From Candidatus Heimdallarchaeum endolithica (GTDB lineage Archaea > Asgardarchaeota > Heimdallarchaeia > Heimdallarchaeales > Heimdallarchaeaceae): a stretch of 64,000 nucleotides of DNA. How positions within the stretch are numbered: position 1 is the stretch's first letter; each line of letters opens with the position of its first letter. Position numbers and translations under genes: made by a program. Under the pieces are notes generated by a model. It was given only the letters and a program-made list of their open reading frames with translations, was not told where the DNA came from and made no database searches. This document shows positions 59,363-64,000 of the stretch, piece after piece. The stretch spans positions 2,400,001 to 2,464,000 of the forward strand of contig CP084167.1 in NCBI GenBank assembly GCA_021513715.1, read 5' to 3'.

Positions 59363-59870
59363 GGATTTGGTGAAACAATTGACTTCTTCTAAATCCACCC
59401 AAATATGTAGAGACACATGTAAAAGTAAATGTTGCAAAAGTACTCCCCCAGCTTTAACCTCTGAAGATTTAACTAGAATTAGTAATGCCCTCGGGATAAA
59501 AAAAGAAGAGTTTGCAAATAATAAAAATAATTATTTTTTTGTCAAAAAAAGAGAAAATAGTAATGACTGTTATTTTTTATCAGATGAAGGAGAATGTAAA
59601 ATTTATAATTATCGCCCATTAGATTGTCAATTATTCCCAGTTTTGTTTAAAATTAAAAGAGTAGATTCTTCATATTTAATAAAATGGTATATATGGTATT
59701 GTCCCTTAACAGACTTTTTCACTTCAGAGTTTTTGATAGAAAAAGCAAAGAAAATAATTGTTAGGTATTTAGAAAAAGATTCAGGGATTCTGTTTGAATA
59801 TCAATCTGCAATGTACGGAACTGGGGGGTATAAGAGAAAGCACTTTCTTTTTGAGGAAAAGATACCTTGA
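59334..59870 (+). CDS. YkgJ-family cysteine-cluster protein
   Basis: CRDTCKSKCC...CYFL...CKIYNYRPLDCQLFP; start uncertain. Confidence 0.85.
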   Translation: MKRILVILSRDLVKQLTSSKSTQICRDTCKSKCCKSTPPALTSEDLTRISNALGIKKEEFANNKNNYFFVKKRENSNDCYFLSDEGECKIYNYRPLDCQLFPVLFKIKRVDSSYLIKWYIWYCPLTDFFTSEFLIEKAKKIIVRYLEKDSGILFEYQSAMYGTGGYKRKHFLFEEKIP

Positions 59871-59998
59871 TCAAGTAGAATAATATACAAGATTTTTTTT
59901 AGGACAAAAATCCCTAAATAAAAAAATTTTATAAATACTCTATTTTCTGTCTCAATATTCTTAATTATTATTCAATTAACTAATAAAAGGTGTACAAG

Positions 59999-60937
59999 AT
60001 GAAGGCGGATTTGATTGTCATCGCTCTTGGAGGAAATATGATCCTACAAAGAGGACAAAAAGGAACATTTGAAGAACAAATGGAAAATACACAAAAAGCT
60101 TCTGTGGTTATAGCTGATTTGGTAGAACAAGGATATAAATTAGTATTGACTAGCGGAAATGGGCCCCAGGTAGGAAATATCTTAGCACAACAAAATTATG
60201 AAGATGCCCCCTCCATGCCTTTATATGTTTGTGGGGCTATGAGCCAAGGGCAAATAGGTTATATGATCTCCATGACTCTTCAAAATGAATTTAAAAAACG
60301 TAATAAAGAAGTTGATGTTATCACTTTGTCTACACGTGTGATAGTGGATAAAAACGATCCTGGTTTTTCTAATCCAACAAAACCAATTGGTAGGTTTTAT
60401 ACAAAGGATCAAGCAGATAAATTTAATGAAGAAGGTAAAGGGCCTTATATGGATGATGCTGGTAGAGGATATAGATTGTTTGTCGCTTCTCCTCAACCTT
60501 TAGAAATAGTTGAAAAGAAAGCTATACAAACTTTGGCAGATAGCGGTATGCTTGTTTATTGTGTTGGAGGAGGGGGTATACCTGTTGTAAAAAATGATGA
60601 TGGAACACTTGAAGGAGCAATGGCAGTCATTGACAAAGACCGAGCTTCTGCGGTACTAGCAGAACAAATAGATGCAGGAATCCTTATGATACTTACTGAC
60701 GTTCCTCATGCTTGTTTGAATTACAAAAAAGAGGACGAAAAACCTTTGGGAGAAATAAGTTTGGCTCTTGCTATGCAATATTATGATGAAGGGCATTTTA
60801 TTAAGGGTAGCATGGGACCAAAAATCGAAGCAGCAATTAGGTTTGTTAAGAAGACTCAAGGGAAGGCGATAATTACCAATCCAGAAAACGCAATCAAAGC
60901 GATTAAGGGCGAAGCTGGTACAATTGTTGTCCCCTAA
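59999..60937 (+). CDS. arcC: Carbamate kinase
   Basis: IALGGN, GNGPQVG, PTKPIG, GGGGIPV, AVIDKD, GSMGPK. Confidence 0.96.
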   Translation: MKADLIVIALGGNMILQRGQKGTFEEQMENTQKASVVIADLVEQGYKLVLTSGNGPQVGNILAQQNYEDAPSMPLYVCGAMSQGQIGYMISMTLQNEFKKRNKEVDVITLSTRVIVDKNDPGFSNPTKPIGRFYTKDQADKFNEEGKGPYMDDAGRGYRLFVASPQPLEIVEKKAIQTLADSGMLVYCVGGGGIPVVKNDDGTLEGAMAVIDKDRASAVLAEQIDAGILMILTDVPHACLNYKKEDEKPLGEISLALAMQYYDEGHFIKGSMGPKIEAAIRFVKKTQGKAIITNPENAIKAIKGEAGTIVVP

Positions 60938-61052
60938 TGAAAACTCTTCTTTTTTCATTTCAAAATTTTTCTTAAAACCTTTTTTTTGTTATTCTGAAAT
61001 GGGTAATACCGTGCAATTTAAAAAGATAAAGGATAAATTTCTAGTGTTGTAA

Positions 61053-64000
<2,948 letters not shown>

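Overview
AT-rich archaeal DNA. The marker genes (archaeal-type MetRS, TrmI, A/V-ATPase subunit E, BpsA, Zn-ribbon Yip1, tandem-wHTH regulator, plus a bacterial-type gyrase) suggest an Asgard archaeon, probably Heimdallarchaeia; this is inference. Bases 1 to ~37,450 look like the right part of a large integrated element resembling the described Heimdallarchaeum 'aloposons'. It carries an AbrB/MraZ-like + wHTH gene and a MinD/ParA ATPase, a tandem palindromic DNA site, and a cargo of HEPN/DUF4145/Mrr-like defence genes with one decayed copy. These are followed by an unannotated ~190-nt structured RNA candidate and a coupled 30.6-kb operon of a membrane-anchored subtilisin and two giant exported proteins (3170 and 6099 aa). 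A sharp A-rich to T-rich strand-skew inversion marks the right junction. The remainder is host backbone: MacB/FtsX-type ABC system, regulator, thioredoxin, ECF S-component/DUF4430, metG, tRNA-Arg(TCG), ATPase E, trmI, cysS, crotonase, a polyamine cluster and carbamate kinase. It ends in a gyrB that the ORF track missed, interrupted by a LAGLIDADG intein with an extra XRE-type HTH, which runs off the window end. The best novelty candidates are the structured RNA with its motif match to the DNA repeat, and the protease + twin-giant surface machine.
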